Shown here piece by piece: positions 39,030 through 52,000 of a stretch of DNA of 64,000 nucleotides; within the stretch, counting starts at the first letter, position 1, and each line of letters starts with the position of its first letter. The stretch spans positions 248,001-312,000 of the forward strand of contig JAVHYY010000086.1 of NCBI GenBank assembly GCA_035221665.1, read 5' to 3'. The stretch comes from Okamejei kenojei. Its lineage: Eukaryota. A model generated the notes under the pieces. It was not told the DNA's origin, did no database searches, and saw only the letters and a list, made by a program, of their open reading frames with translations. Both the position numbers and the translations under genes were made by a program.

Positions 39030-40131
39030 TGAATAGAATTAAAGGGCATGGTAGGGTGCTGACATGGATAGAAAATTGGTTGGCAGATCGGAATCAAAGA
39101 TTAGGAGTGAACGGGCCCTTTACAGAATGGCAGGCAGTTGCAAGTGGAGTGCCGCAAGGCTGGGTGCTGGGGCCGCAACTGTTTACCATACAAATTAATG
39201 ATTTGGAAGGGGGAATTAGGAGCAACACTAGCACGTTTGCGGAAGACACAAAGTTGGATGGCAGTGTGACTGTGAAGAGGATGTGAGGAGTTTGCACGGT
39301 GACCTGAACATGTTGAGTGAGTTGGCAGATGCGTGGCAGATGCAGTATAATATAGATAAATGTGAGGTTATCCACGTTGGCGGCAAAAACAAGAGGGCAG
39401 ATTATTATGTCAATGATTAGGTAAGGGGGAGGTGCAGCGATCCCTGGGCGTACAGCATGCAGTGAAGAAAGCTAATGGAATGGTGGCCTTCATAACAAGA
39501 GGATTTCAGTATTGGAGTAAAGAGGTTCTTCTGCAGTTTTATAGGGTTCTCGTGAGACCACATCTGGAGTATTGTGCACAGTTTTGGTCTCCTAATTTAA
39601 GGAAGGACACCCGTGTTATTGAGGCAGTGCACCGTAGGTTCACGAGATTGATCCCTGGGATTGCAGGACAGTCATATGAGGAAAGATTGAACATACTAGG
39701 CTTGTATTCACTGGAGTTTAGAAGGACGAGTGGGGGAATCTTATAGAAACATATAAAATTATAAAAGTACTGGACAGGCTATATGCAGGAAAAATGTTCC
39801 CAATGTGGGGCGAGTACAAAACAAGTGGCCACAGTCTTAGAATAAAGGGGAGGTAATTTAAGACTGAGGTGATCAAAAACGTTATCACCCAGAGAGTTGT
39901 GAATTTATGGAATTCCCTGCCACAGATGGCAGTGGAGACCACGTCAATGGATGGATTTAAGAGAGAGTTAGATAGAGCTCTAGGGGCTATTGGGGTCAAG
40001 GGATATGTAAAGAAGGCAGGGTACGGGTTATTTATAGGGGGCGATCAGCCATAATCACAATGAATGGCGGTGCTGGCTCAAACGGCCGAATGACCTCCTT
40101 CTGCACCTATTTTCTATGTTTCTATGTTTCT
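39030..40131 (+). mobile_element. CR1 LINE ORF2 3' portion, decayed
   Basis: WIENWLADR...GVPQGWVLGPQLF..INDL; VRPHLEYCAQFWSP; TTTCTATG tail. Confidence 0.9.
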
Positions 40132-41879
40132 ACTATACAACAACAATCATGCGTTTTTTAACTCTAGGAGCCTTTGCGAGGCTGAACAGCATGTTTCATT
40201 GTGGTCGTTATTAAAGCAACGGTTAGCCCATTATAATTGGCTCTTCACCAACTCTTACGGGTGGGTGTATTTAGTTGTTTGAAAGCGTCACCCGCTTTCA
40301 CAACTCGGTGCTCGAGATTGATAACGGTACTCAGAAATCCTACGAAATAGCGCGCATGAAATCCTTCTCTCTTTACGCACCGTCGAATAACTTGAACAGA
40401 GGATACCTCTCGTCCCTCCTAAAGTTATTTATGTGCACAAGTCAGCCTCGATACTCACTTCCCACACACTCATACCCATCTGAACATTTCATGAACTAAT
40501 TTCAATGCATATGGAAACATGACCGCAGGATATCAGTTGAATTTACACAAAATGAAAACTAGGTTTTAATATGTCAGCTCTTGTGGTGAGCAACTGAAGC
40601 AACGGTTCCCTCTCGTTGTTTATAACTGTGATTGGATGTCGCAGTCTTATCGGTTAAAACATAGAAACGTGCAGAACAGAAACAAGCCCTCAGATCCGTT
40701 TTGTATTTGCTGAACTTGAACAAAGATATACCAACATCGTGGCCAAGGCATGGTACACTCCACCTCAGTACCACCCAGTCTAAACCCCCCATTAAATGCC
40801 ACTGCTGTATGTCCCTCCAGGTTCAGCCCAGGCAGCGCGTTTATGCACCTACCATTCTTGGTCGGAATTACCTGCCCCGCACATCCCCTTTAAGCATTGC
40901 ATCTCTAAACTTAATGGCTTCTCGTCTTTGACATTTCAACCTTGGCAAAAGTATGTATGACACTTGTGATATTATAAACTTCCATTGGGACGAGGGGTTA
41001 TTTTATAGAGGCGTATACAATAATGAGAGTTTAATGTACAAAATTTCTTGCACAGTGTAGGGGAATCGAGAACCAGAGGACTAAGGGTTAAGGTGAATGG
41101 GGAAAAATAAATAGGAATCTGAGGGGTAACCTTTTCACACAAAGCAAGATGGGTGTATAGAACGAAATGCTGGAGGAATTTGAAGCAGGGACTATCTCAA
41201 TTGAGAAACAATTAGACAGGTACATGGATAGGACAGCTTTAGAGCGATATGGGTGGAACGCAGGTAGGTGAGACTGACATGCATGGGACATGTTAACCGG
41301 CCGAGCAAGTTTAGCCGAAGGGCATGTTTCCACGCTGCGTAACTATATGACCGTGACTCTATTACTAGGTTGAAATTATTTTTCCGTTTCATAATTTCGT
41401 GTGCAACGTGACCTGCAGAGGCGGGTGTCGGGTGGGGGTATCTGAGGGGGTAAGGAAAATCTGAGGTAAATATTAATTTACGAAGTCTTTTTGTGTTATT
41501 TGGTTTGATGCGGCTAAGCCTGTGGCGCAAGAGACAGGACGGTTTACACTGGAAACCGGGTCCTGTCTCCTTGAAGGAAGGCTGGAGTGATTGGACGCTC
41601 TACAAATGATTTATGTTGTATAGCTATAATGATCCACACAGCACTAAAAATAAATGTACTGCAAATAAAAGTACGCAATCGAATAGCATGTGCTTCCAAA
41701 CAGTAGATTATTTTGCATAGACGGTTGGATTGACATAAAAAACATACTTTTTGGCGGTTTGCTAGATATTAGCTGCAAGAGCAGTTGTGACGCAGCTTAG
41801 TTTTTTTTCTGGTGTATCAAATCCCAGCTGAATAGTTAGCAGTGCCTGTTCATTGCAGAATAGGTAAACTTACAGTATC

Positions 41880-42350
41880 TCCGCTCAGCCCGCGTGAACC
41901 AACCTGATCTCCCGGTTGCTGGACACTTTAATACTCCTTCCCATTCCTACACAGACCTTTCTGTCCTCAGTCCCCTCCATTGTCAGATAAGGCTAAACAC
42001 AAATTGGAGCAACGACACCTCATATTTCGCGTGTGCAGCTTACAGCCCAGTGGTGTGAATATTGATGTACCTCACTTCAGGTAGCCCGGCATTCCTGCTC
42101 TCTCTATCCCTCCCCCACCCAATTCGCACTGGCTTCTCATTTTCATCCTACAAAGAGCCTGTTTCCTTTATCATCGTTACTTATTTGCATATATTTCATT
42201 CATTGTTCTTTAACTCTCCACATTACCCTCTATATCTCTCGTTTCCCTTATCCCGAACCAGTCTGGAGAAGGGTCTCGACCCGAAACGCCACCCATTCTT
42301 TCTCTCCAAATATGCTGTCTGTCTCGCTGAGTTACTCCAGTTTTTTGTGT
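41880..42350 (+). mobile_element. Penelope-like element 3' remnant
   Basis: DLPVAGHFNTPSHSYTDLSVL..LHCQ..AKHKLEQRHLIFRVCSLQPSGVNID, resembling a GIY-YIG endonuclease C-terminus; followed by GAAGGGTCTCGACCCGAAACG terminal motif. Confidence 0.7.
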
Positions 42351-42560
42351 CTATATTCCGTATTTGAATTGCTCTCTGTCCGTACTGTACAGTTATACAG
42401 TATGTGGCGAACGGAGGGTCACGAGTAATACATGCCATCAAAACATTGCGGCATTAACAATGAAAAAATCACAAAGGATGCATAAAGATCAACCATAGCT
42501 GGATTTACAGACAGACTGATACAGATTAAAAGACACATAGCCGGAGCGAAAAATGAACAG

Positions 42561-43110
42561 NNNNNNNNNNNNNNNNNNNNNNNNNNNNNNNNNNNNNNNN
42601 NNNNNNNNNNNNNNNNNNNNNNNNNNNNNNNNNNNNNNNNNNNNNNNNNNNNNNNNNNNNNNNNNNNNNNNNNNNNNNNNNNNNNNNNNNNNNNNNNNNN
42701 NNNNNNNNNNNNNNNNNNNNNNNNNNNNNNNNNNNNNNNNNNNNNNNNNCCGATAGACTGATAGATATANNNNNNNNNNNNNNNNNNNNNNNNNNNNNNN
42801 NNNNNNNNNNNNNNNNNNNNNNNNNNNNNNNNNNNNNNNNNNNNNNNNNNNNNNNNNNNNNNNNNNNNNNNNNNNNNNNNNNNNNNNNNNNNNNNNNNNN
42901 NNNNNNNNNNNNNNNNNNNNNNNNNNNNNNNNNNNNNNNNNNNNNNNNNNNNNNNNNNNNNNNNNNNNNNNNNNNNNNNNNNNNNNNNNNNNNNNNNNNN
43001 NNNNNNNNNNNNNNNNNNNNNNNNNNNNNNNNNNNNNNNNNNNNNNNNNNNNNNNNNNNNNNNNNNNNNNNNNNNNNNNNNNNNNNNNNNNNNNNNNNNN
43101 NNNNNNNNNN
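42561..43110. other. Assembly gaps
   Basis: Two N runs separated by 20 called bases. Confidence 1.
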
Positions 43111-43539
43111 CCATGAAAACCGGCGAACTAAAAATAAGCAGCTTTATTGTAGAATGGGGAATACGGAACTGCAAATGCTGGAATATTGTGAAGAATATAA
43201 CATGCTGAAGTAACCCATTGGATGACGCAACATCTCTTGAGGACATGGGGAGGCAACGTTTCAAGTAATTATTTAGATTGATTGGAGAATTGGCTTTTGT
43301 TTCGCACGGATGTAGTAAAAACTGAATGTTCTACTCTGAGCGCGGAAACGCTCCACAAAGGGAGCAGCGTGAGAAGTGCAAGCAGCGCTATCGGATCATT
43401 CAGCGTGTAGTTGAACAGGCATTAGAAGAAAGTTAGTTACAAGCCACGGAGAAAGGACTGAGAGGACCTTGTAGGGCCTCGGTTTTCAGTTACAATTATC
43501 TGAAGCCGTGCATCTAATCTGCACAGCAGTTAAAAAAAA

Positions 43540-46500
43540 TCATTGAAAACACAGACGGAGAGGAATTTTGACCAGATTCTTTAGCTGCTGTCTAAATTTG
43601 GTCTGGGTCACGGCATAAATGCAGGTGTTGGAGCAGGAACTCAGGAGCTGTAACATGTTGCCCACTTCCCGGAACACAAACTTGGGGTCTCTGAAGTTAA
43701 AGCCAGCGGAATAGTTGTCTTCGGTGATTTCAACGTAGAGGAAGTTTGCAACGTACGTCATCCACAGGAGGATGAAACTGCCGGAGATGGCAAAGAGTAA
43801 GATGATCGACTTCTTGCGGCTTTCAGTTTCCGGGTCGCTCCGGTTGTCTACCAGTCCGCCCGCCCGTAGCCTCCTGCGGGCTCTGCTGGCGAACAGAATG
43901 TGCCTTACCGTCAGAGCGTTGAGCAGCAGGATCAGGACGAAAGGGAGCCAAGGGGTGAGAATGCAATCGATCCAGTCAAATGCCTTCCACATTGGAAAAT
44001 TGTAAAAGGTTGATTTCACGTTACAGTACCAGGGGACGCCATTAATTATATAGGATGGCTTGTAGATAAAATAAAATGGGATGTTCTTTAAACAGTTCAG
44101 ACCACAGACCAGGCCAATAACCACTGCGGCTGACCTCTGAGTGCAGTAAGTTGTTTTAAGTTTCTGGTCGGCGATGGCGACAAATCGGTCGAAAGTGAAA
44201 GCGACCGTCAACCAGACTGAACTGTCTCTGGCCGCATAAATTAGGACACTGCTCAGGCTGCACACCGGGGTAATGGACAGGAAACTGCCCGCTGCGTAAG
44301 TGACGCTGATCCGGCTGAGTATCACCGCGGTGATAATGACCAGCAGATCCGTCACCGCCATGGACACCAGGTAACAACTAACACAGCTGGAGAGACCACA
44401 CTTGCCCTGGGAAAGGATGGCCACCGTCACCACGTTTGCTGCAAGAAAACAAATGCGGAATACAATTTCAGAGAAAGAACTGTAAAACAATTAGTAGGGG
44501 TGAGATGGTCATTCGGACCCTTTTAATCTGCTCCATATTTTCCTTTCCTTAACTAGGAGCTTTTAATATCTATTTATATTTCATGTAGTCGTACATAAAT
44601 CCAAACTGGTAATACTGCAATTTGCAAACAAATATCATCAAATCACAACATTGTTATCCCTATCCACCACATAGACGAGCTTCAATGGCGCCTATCGGTA
44701 CCTACTTCTCCTTTGAATTGGGAGAACGTACCAACTCCGTACAGACAACGCCCATAGTTAGAACCGAACCCGGGTCTCTGGCGCTGTATTAATTGTCGAA
44801 TGTGCTTTTGTAAATTATTCTTTTTTTCCGGTTTTAGAGATACAGCGCGGAATCAGGCTGACAGCCCACCGAGTCTGGACCGACCAGTATTCCCCGCATA
44901 TTAAAACATGTCCCACACACACGAGGGACAATTTACGTTTTATACCAAATCAATTAGCATACAAACTTGTGCGGATTTGGAATGTGAGTTGAAAGCGAAG
45001 ACCGAGGTGACAACCTACGCAGACCACGAGGAGATAGTAAAAACTCCATCCAGCCAAGCACCAGTGGTCAGTATCGAACCTGGATTTCTGGCGCTGGAAA
45101 GCAGTAGCACCACCGCTACGCCACCGTGCCACCTGTCAAATCATGTACGGAATTCTTCGTAACACTAGCATTTACTTATCGTCCTGATTGTGCCAGAATT
45201 GCAGAAGCGGTCACCTCTAAATGAGTTTCGGAACGGGTAAGGAGCAGGACTTTCTCTCATCGGGGCCAGACGGATTATTGCCTAATTTGGGATGTTCAGG
45301 GACTATTCGCGTAATGCCAATCATGTTCCTTAGCTGACGCGACACTATCGTTGACAGAGTATTAATGAGTTCACTGCTAATTAATAAATTAGTTCGCATG
45401 CTGCCGTCAATTTATAAAGTGGGTAAAATTACCATGATGATACAAATTAGACAACATTCCACTTATATTTGCTTCTTCTTCGCATCTTTGTCAGACTGAG
45501 GAAAGAGCGCACGAAAAAGCTGCTGATTTTTTTTATTTGTTTCCGGATTCCGAGTCCAAGAAAAAACCCCGTATTTTGCAACAAAATACAAATAACCTAA
45601 AATGCACCAAATATTTCATTCATGTGAAATGCAAAGACAGATAGACCGAGGGAGGCAGACAGAAAAATAGATGGCATTTAGATTGGCAGACAGGCAGAGA
45701 GGCAGATAGACAAACATATGAACATAGAGGCAGATAGAAAGACAGACAGGCGGGTAGACAGACAGTGAGACAGCAGAGAGAGGCGGAGTGGAATAGAAAG
45801 AAAGGTAAACTAATCATGGTAAAGAATTGATGGAATTCACTGACATGGCATTATGCCAAATGTGAGGCTCCTATCCGAAAAGTGTAAAATAATCAAATGA
45901 AAGTGTGGAAGTTATTAATGTTAGAAAACTGCATATAAAAAGTATAATATTAAATTATGCAACTTTTGAAAGTTTTCTGAATGTTAATTTTTCAAACACA
46001 AAATAATAATTTAGTTTCCTTTAATCTTTCTTTGAAATGACATTTCATGGTTTAGGACTTTGTTCTTCCGAGTAAATTTGTTCTGTGCGCACAGAATGAT
46101 GGAGTGAAACTGTGTCCAACTGAAGTGTCTTTAGGCTTCTCTTGAGCAAGGAGTAATTATGGATGACATGCTGCTGATCGTTTTTAAGGGTCGACAAGGC
46201 AGGGTGATCGAACTTTGCTTCGATATTCCAGTTATGGGAAAAGCCACGTTTCAGCGGCTATCGTGCGCCCAAAATAATTGCCAAGCAAGTAGTGTTTAAC
46301 GATACCAGAATGGACTGTAGGGGGTCGCTGCAAAGACCCAAGGCGGAAAAAAGTATCGGCCGGTTTGCAAAGGAAAATACGAAGCAAAACATGAAAAAAA
46401 TCAAAACCGGTATCTGGAATACAAACAATGCGACTTAATGCGTGCGAGGGACGGCAGCGTGAAAATCGCGCGGGTTCCGCAATGTTTACCGATACAACAG

Positions 46501-47253
46501 TGCAACTACAGAAATGCGAAATATTGTATATGACCGTTTCTCATAGTCATCTTACAAATAAAAGTCCTGAAGGCGGTAGTTTCTGTCGTGTCGGCATGAG
46601 AACAGGGTGAACTGGGGATAGAAGGCTTTGAAACAAAATTCCGATGTTATTACGTTAACAGCGACATGCAGGCAATAATAACCATAGATTGATGCAGCGT
46701 GGAAACCGGACCTCCGGCCCAACTTGCCCACACCGGCAAACATGTCGCAGCTGCTGGAGTCCCTCTTTCCCCCGCGTTCGGTCCAGGTCCCACCACATCT
46801 GTCCTATTCATATACCTGTCCAACTGCTCCTTAAACGATGGGATAGTCCCAGTCTCAACTATCTCATCTGAGAGCTTGTTCCACACCTACACCTATATGA
46901 AAATGTTACCCGTCAAATTCCTATTAAATCTTTTCCCATTCACCTTAAACATATGTTCTCTGGTCCTTGATTCGCTTACGCTTCGAGATTCTGTGCCGAT
47001 CTATTCCTTTCATGATTTTATACACCTTAAAGTGATCATCCATCACCCTCCTGTGCTCCAAGGAATACAGTCGCAGCCTGCTTAACCTCTCCCGATAGGT
47101 CAGACCCTCTTGTTCTAGCACCATCCTCGTAAATCTTCTCTGTACCATTTCCAGCTTGAAATAAATCTGGTAGTATACCTTACCAGGGACGCCGACTGCT
47201 GCGAGGATTATATAGTAGATTGTATAAATTAGTCCATTTGGTGGAGCATGCAT
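43540..47253 (-). CDS. Class A GPCR, GPR139/GPR142-like, two exons (exon 1 47184-47253, exon 2 43540-44438), 322 aa, intact
   Basis: Exon 1 MHAPPNGLIYTIYYIILAAVGVP G|GTAAGG splices in phase to TTGCAG|CA giving GVPANVVTVAILS; seven hydrophobic segments; MAVTDLL (TM2), SVWLTVAFTFDRFVAI (TM3), LPFVLILLLN (TM5), SSCSNTCIY (TM7); 969 nt with no internal stop. Confidence 0.9.
44833..45131 (-). mobile_element. tRNA-derived SINE in the GPCR intron
   Basis: Head GGCACGGTGGCGTAGCGGTGG...GGTTCGATAC on the minus strand. Confidence 0.7.
46690..47158 (-). mobile_element. CR1 LINE 3' fragment in the GPCR intron
   Basis: LEMVQRRFTRM...YRERLSRLRLYSLEHRR; WNKLSDEIVE. Confidence 0.75.
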
Positions 47254-47949
47254 TTTCGTTGAACTGAGACGGTCCTACGGCTCTGACTGATCCTTTGTAA
47301 TCTGAATAAGCGTTCCTTTTATGTAGGCGACGTCCCCCTCCGGGGAGAGGAATGTTAAAGTGAAATAGCTCAAGCGTTTTAAATTAAACGAATTAACCCA
47401 TCACTTTCGCGTGGATTATTTTCAAAACAATGTCATTACCATTTGTGGGACAGCTAGAGTTCATGTCATTTATGCTCCATAAAACAATACTATTTGCTAA
47501 GTCTATTTCGTACTCGACCCAGGAAGTTAGGGTCAGTAAAAATGAACAAACAGTGTGTGCCTTCCAGATCGATTATTGAAGGTAGACACAAAATGCTGGA
47601 GCAACTCGTCGGGGCAGGCTGATTAATACATGAATGAATCATTGATGCAGTATTCAAATACATAAAAGTCAGAGACGAAATGTGGTGAATTATTAAGGGG
47701 AATCAACGACAGGATTTTGCACTATTATCAACAACCTACATTATTAAAGAAGATCGGTTCCCTTAGAATGTGGTAATGATAGATTCGGAGAAAACGTGTG
47801 CACAAAAGTAGCCAGAGCATCTGGCAGAATGCCAGTTTTGTTTTCATTTCAGATTTCCAGCATGTGTACGTTTTTGTTTATTTTCACCAGTCCGTTGATA
47901 CAAATAAGACACATTGGCTCATCAGGAAACCTGTGCAGATTTTGTTGAA

Positions 47950-48350
47950 GATAGATATAAAGCTGGAGTAACTCCCAGGGACAGGCAGCATCTCAGTGGG
48001 AATGGGTGACGTTTCGGATCGATACCCTTCACTGTGAATAAGGAGAGAGAGTCCAGAGACATAGATGGGTAAGGCGTGTAAGCGAGGCATCAAAGGGGGG
48101 CGAGGATGAAGGGAATGTGGATTTGATGATTGTTCGCTTGGGGGATGTGACAATGAAGATTACAAAGATGAAATGTATTCAGGAGAACAGTGAGACTGGT
48201 CTGGGAACTAGGATAGGGGAGGGATGGAGAGAGAGAAAACAAGGTTTACTTGAAGTTAGAGAAGTCTATATTGATACCGCTGAGTTATCAGCTGCCCGAA
48301 CGAAATATGAGGAGCTGTTCCTACAATTTGCGTTGGGCCTCACTCGACCC
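47950..48350 (-). mobile_element. Penelope-like 3' remnant
   Basis: Minus strand SEAQRKL*EQLLIFRSGS**LSGINIDFSNFK*. Confidence 0.6.
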
Positions 48351-49340
48351 GCTTCACTTGGCGACACTGGTAATCATTCAGCCTGTGCAATTGTCTGGAC
48401 GGAAGGTCCCCCCCCCCCCCCCCCCCCCCCCCACCAGCCCGCTTTGCACGAATGCACCATATTTCTAAAGCTGTACAGTCACTTGCAGCCCCGGGCATTC
48501 TGTCATCTACCCAGCTCAGCGGCATTTTAGTTAGTACTGGTTAGCAATTTGAGTGTACAGTCAGAGCCTAATTTCCAACTGTCATCGCGTAGACTGCAAG
48601 TATTCAGCAGCCGAGAGATAGACATTTTCACAGTTAACGTACATTTGCGCTGAACCTTGATGAATGTCTAGATACAAGGACAAGACACCGTAAAACCTGT
48701 AACAAACCTTAATGGATCCTTGGATATACTGATAGTGGGTTATGTGCCCATTTAACCTACAGGCATATAAAGCACGTTAACATGAAAACTGTTAAGGCGG
48801 TGTAATATTGTAGTTGTATATAGTCATACAGCACCAAAGCAGGCCCTTCGGCTCTATTCTTCCATGATGATCGAAAGACCTATCTATGCACATTTCACTT
48901 CCTTCTTTTGACCCACATTCCTAATTTATCCTTTGTACCGATATGCCTGTCCAAATGCGCGTTAAACGTCGTAATTATACCAAATGTCACCGTATCTCCT
49001 GGTAGCATGCTCCATGCCGCCAAAATCTTATGCGGCAAAAAACCTTGTCCTTTAAGACTCCTTTAAACATTTCCGTTCTCTTGTTTATCTATGTTCTCTT
49101 GTTTTAGATTCCGCTACCTTTTGAAAAAAATTCTGCGACTGTTCAACCTCCGTACGCCCCACATAATTTTATTAATCTCTATAAGATTTGCCCTTGGCAC
49201 TGGAAATTCAAAAATACCGACCTAACGCAAAACCAGCATGGGGAGGTTATAGGCATCTTCATAAAATTGAAGGCTGACGAAGGAACGGAGAGAGGGGGAG
49301 AGGGAGAGTGGGAGATTATGAGCGTGCATGGGGAGAGTGT

Positions 49341-49343
<3 letters not shown>

Positions 49344-49433
<90 letters not shown>
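49344..49433. repeat. (GA)n microsatellite
   Basis: ~40 GA units. Confidence 0.95.
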
Positions 49434-49434
<1 letters not shown>

Positions 49435-50215
49435 GGGGGGGGGTAGGGGGGAGAGAGAGGGGATGGTAGGGGGGAGAGTGAGCGGTGGAGAGGGAAAACA
49501 ATTGAAGTTTGTATAAAATGGAACTGCAGAAGGTGCTTTATAACGAATATAGACACAACATGCTGGAGTAACTGGACGCTCACGAAGCATCTCTGGAGAT
49601 GGATCCCGTTTCGAGCCAGGACATTCATACAGATTCAGTCTAGAGTCAGACCCGATATGTCACCAATACATGTGAAATGTGCACCGTTTTATTTCCAATT
49701 CTGGGCAAAATTTTCTATGTATCCCGTTTTTTTTTCCCTTTCACTTCTTTTTTAACAGAGGGAGAACATTTGCGACCGGGAAGTCTTACGGCACTTTACC
49801 CATGTCTAACAAGGACTCCTCACTCAGTACTCGTGTGCTTTCTTTTGCAGCTTACCCACTGTGTACATGGATAAAACTGGCTACGCGTGAGATGTATCTG
49901 CCTTCTATATGTTCACTATGTTCAGCCCACAATTAACTGTAATATAGAAAGTCCCCAAGACTTCTTGATCACGAGTTCCCTATCCTCCATGTCTTTCTCC
50001 GTAATAAAACAATCGCCGAGAAACATTGAGCAGAAACCACGTGAGATCAACGTTCGGTGATATCAGTGACGATATTCAGAAAAGTCAATTTGCAGCGACG
50101 TGACAGCGTGAGGGATGATGAGGGAGTCCCTGTTGATTGTGGCAAACTGCAATCTGTATCCTGCCTTTCCAAACCTGTCTTTATCGCTCGAAATCGGAAA
50201 TTTACACAATGGTGA

Positions 50216-50254
50216 GGTTTTTGTGTAACGTTTGAACTGGGCACATACACTGTG
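50216..50254 (-). promoter_or_regulatory. Perfect consensus 23-RSS of V12
   Basis: CACAGTG (50254-50248) + 23 nt + ACAAAAACC (50224-50216). Confidence 0.95.
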
Positions 50255-50555
50255 TTACTTAGAGCACAGAAGTAAACGGCGGAGTCGGATAGTTGTAGCC
50301 CAAAGATAATTAACTTGGCGACTTTAGCCCCTGTGAGGAGATCCGCTGAGAACCTCGTTTTAGCAAAATCAGCGCTGTCTTCACCACCGTTTGAATATTT
50401 CGCTAGGATAAACTGAAGCTGTTTGACCGGGTCTTGCCGGTACCAGGACAATACATAATAGTTCAATGGAGTGTCATATGTGCAGCTTAGAGTGACCAGT
50501 TCCCCATCTGTCTTCAAGCTCGCTGGCGGGCTTTGTGTGACAGAATCTCCACCAC
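50255..50555 (-). CDS. V12: TCR delta-type V exon, open frame; leader not identified with confidence
   Basis: GGDSVTQSPPASLKTDGELVTLSCTYDT...LSWYRQDP...DFAKTRFS...DSAVYFCALS; pyrimidine tract + AAG| acceptor; candidate frameshifted leader at 52275-52322. Confidence 0.85.
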
Positions 50556-50818
50556 CTTGTTTGCAAAACAAGGAATAAAGTGAAAACCAGGTAATATTGA
50601 ACACATGGGGGCGCAGAGGAAAAGAACCATACCGCTGAGTTCCTCTGGAGAGCGCTCGGCCGCAAGAGGCTCGCTGGTCGCTGTACGCTCATCGGTGGCC
50701 GTGTGATGCGAGCAACGCCCATTCGCGGGTCGAATTGTTCTGCTCAGGGTTTCGGTGGATTGGGGCACTGTTCGATCCGCAGCAAGCTGTGGTTCAATTG
50801 GGTGAAGCGATGCAACAA

Positions 50819-51110
50819 AGGCGGCACATTGGCGGAACGGTAGACCTGTTGCCGACTGCGCCGCAGACCCAGTTTCGATCTTGACAACAGGCGCGCCTGC
50901 GTGGGGATTGCGCCCCCTGTGACCGCGTGGGGTTTCTCCAGGTGTTCCGGTTTCCTCGCACGTCCCATGGGCGTGCGGGTTTGGAGGTTGCTTGGCTTCT
51001 CCAAGTTGTCCCTAACCTGTAGAATGGAACTAGTATGGGCGGTGACTGGTCGGCGCGGACTAGGTGGGCCTAAGTGCCTATATACACGATTGTATATCTA
51101 ATCTAAATTA
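50819..51110 (+). mobile_element. tRNA-derived SINE (V-SINE/HE1-like)
   Basis: GGCGGCACATTGGCGGAACGG...AGTTTCGATC head; CCGCGTGGGGTTTCTCCAGGTGTTCCGGTTTCCTC core. Confidence 0.72.
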
Positions 51111-51384
51111 GTCGAAACAATACAAAAATCGTCATGCGCGGTGAGAGGATGCGGCCTGCGGCGAAAGAACAACAGTCGAGCAGATCCACATAATCGTCTG
51201 GCCAGGCCGAAACCTGGAACACAAAGCCAGTGTCGCCGCCACGCCAACTGGCCATTGCGTTAAAAATGATAAGGAATAACACTTATAACAACTGTAAACA
51301 TGGAGGATGCAGCATGTCGCCGGAAACGGGGCAAGTCCTATGTACTGCCTCAGGGTAATCTGCTCTTCTTACATGTTCATAATA

Positions 51385-52000
51385 GCTCATAAGGTCTAGG
51401 AGCAGAATTAGGCCATGCGGCCCATCAGGTCAACCCCGCCATTCAAGCATGGCTGATCTATCTTTCCCACCTAAATCCATTCTCCTGCCTTCTCCCCGTA
51501 ACCACTGACAACCGTACTAATCAAGAATTTGTCAATCTCCGCCTTCAAAATGTCACTTGACTTGGCCCCCATAGACGCATGTGGTAATGAATACCACACA
51601 TTTACCACCATGTAATGAAATACATACCTACTAATCTCCTTTTCGAAGGTACGCCCTTTTATTCTGAGGCTATGCTCTCTCATCCTCCATTCGCCCTCTC
51701 ATGGAAACATCTTCTGTACATTAACTCTATCCAGCACTTTTAGTATTGGTCAGTTTCAAATAGGTCCCCCCTCATCCTTCAAAACTCCAGCCAGTACAAG
51801 ACCAGAGCCTTCAAACGCTCATCACATGAAAACCCAATTATTCGTGGGTAGAATTGTTTAAGAAATAACTGCAGGTGCTGGAAAAATCGAAGGCTGACAA
51901 AAATGTTGGAGGAACACCACGAATTATTCGTGGGATAATTCTGGAAAACCGCCTCTGGATCCTCCCCAACACCAACACATCCTTCCTCTGATATAGCCAA
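51385..52000 (-). mobile_element. CR1 LINE 3' fragment
   Basis: ERLKALVLYWLEF; HSLRIKGR..; VVNVWYSLP; GYGEKAGEW. Confidence 0.75.

Noticed and set aside
42419-43264. Long ORFs spanning N runs (also 37547-38104)
   Set aside because: Artefacts of assembly gaps.
49179-49628. 149-aa Ser/Leu-repeat ORFs
   Set aside because: Translation of the (GA)n microsatellite.
50556-50722. Intronless leader fused to V12 (VQYYLVFTLFLVLQT or VFNITWFSLYSLFCK)
   Set aside because: The hydrophobicity is explained by the T-rich polypyrimidine tract of the acceptor; there is no in-frame ATG.
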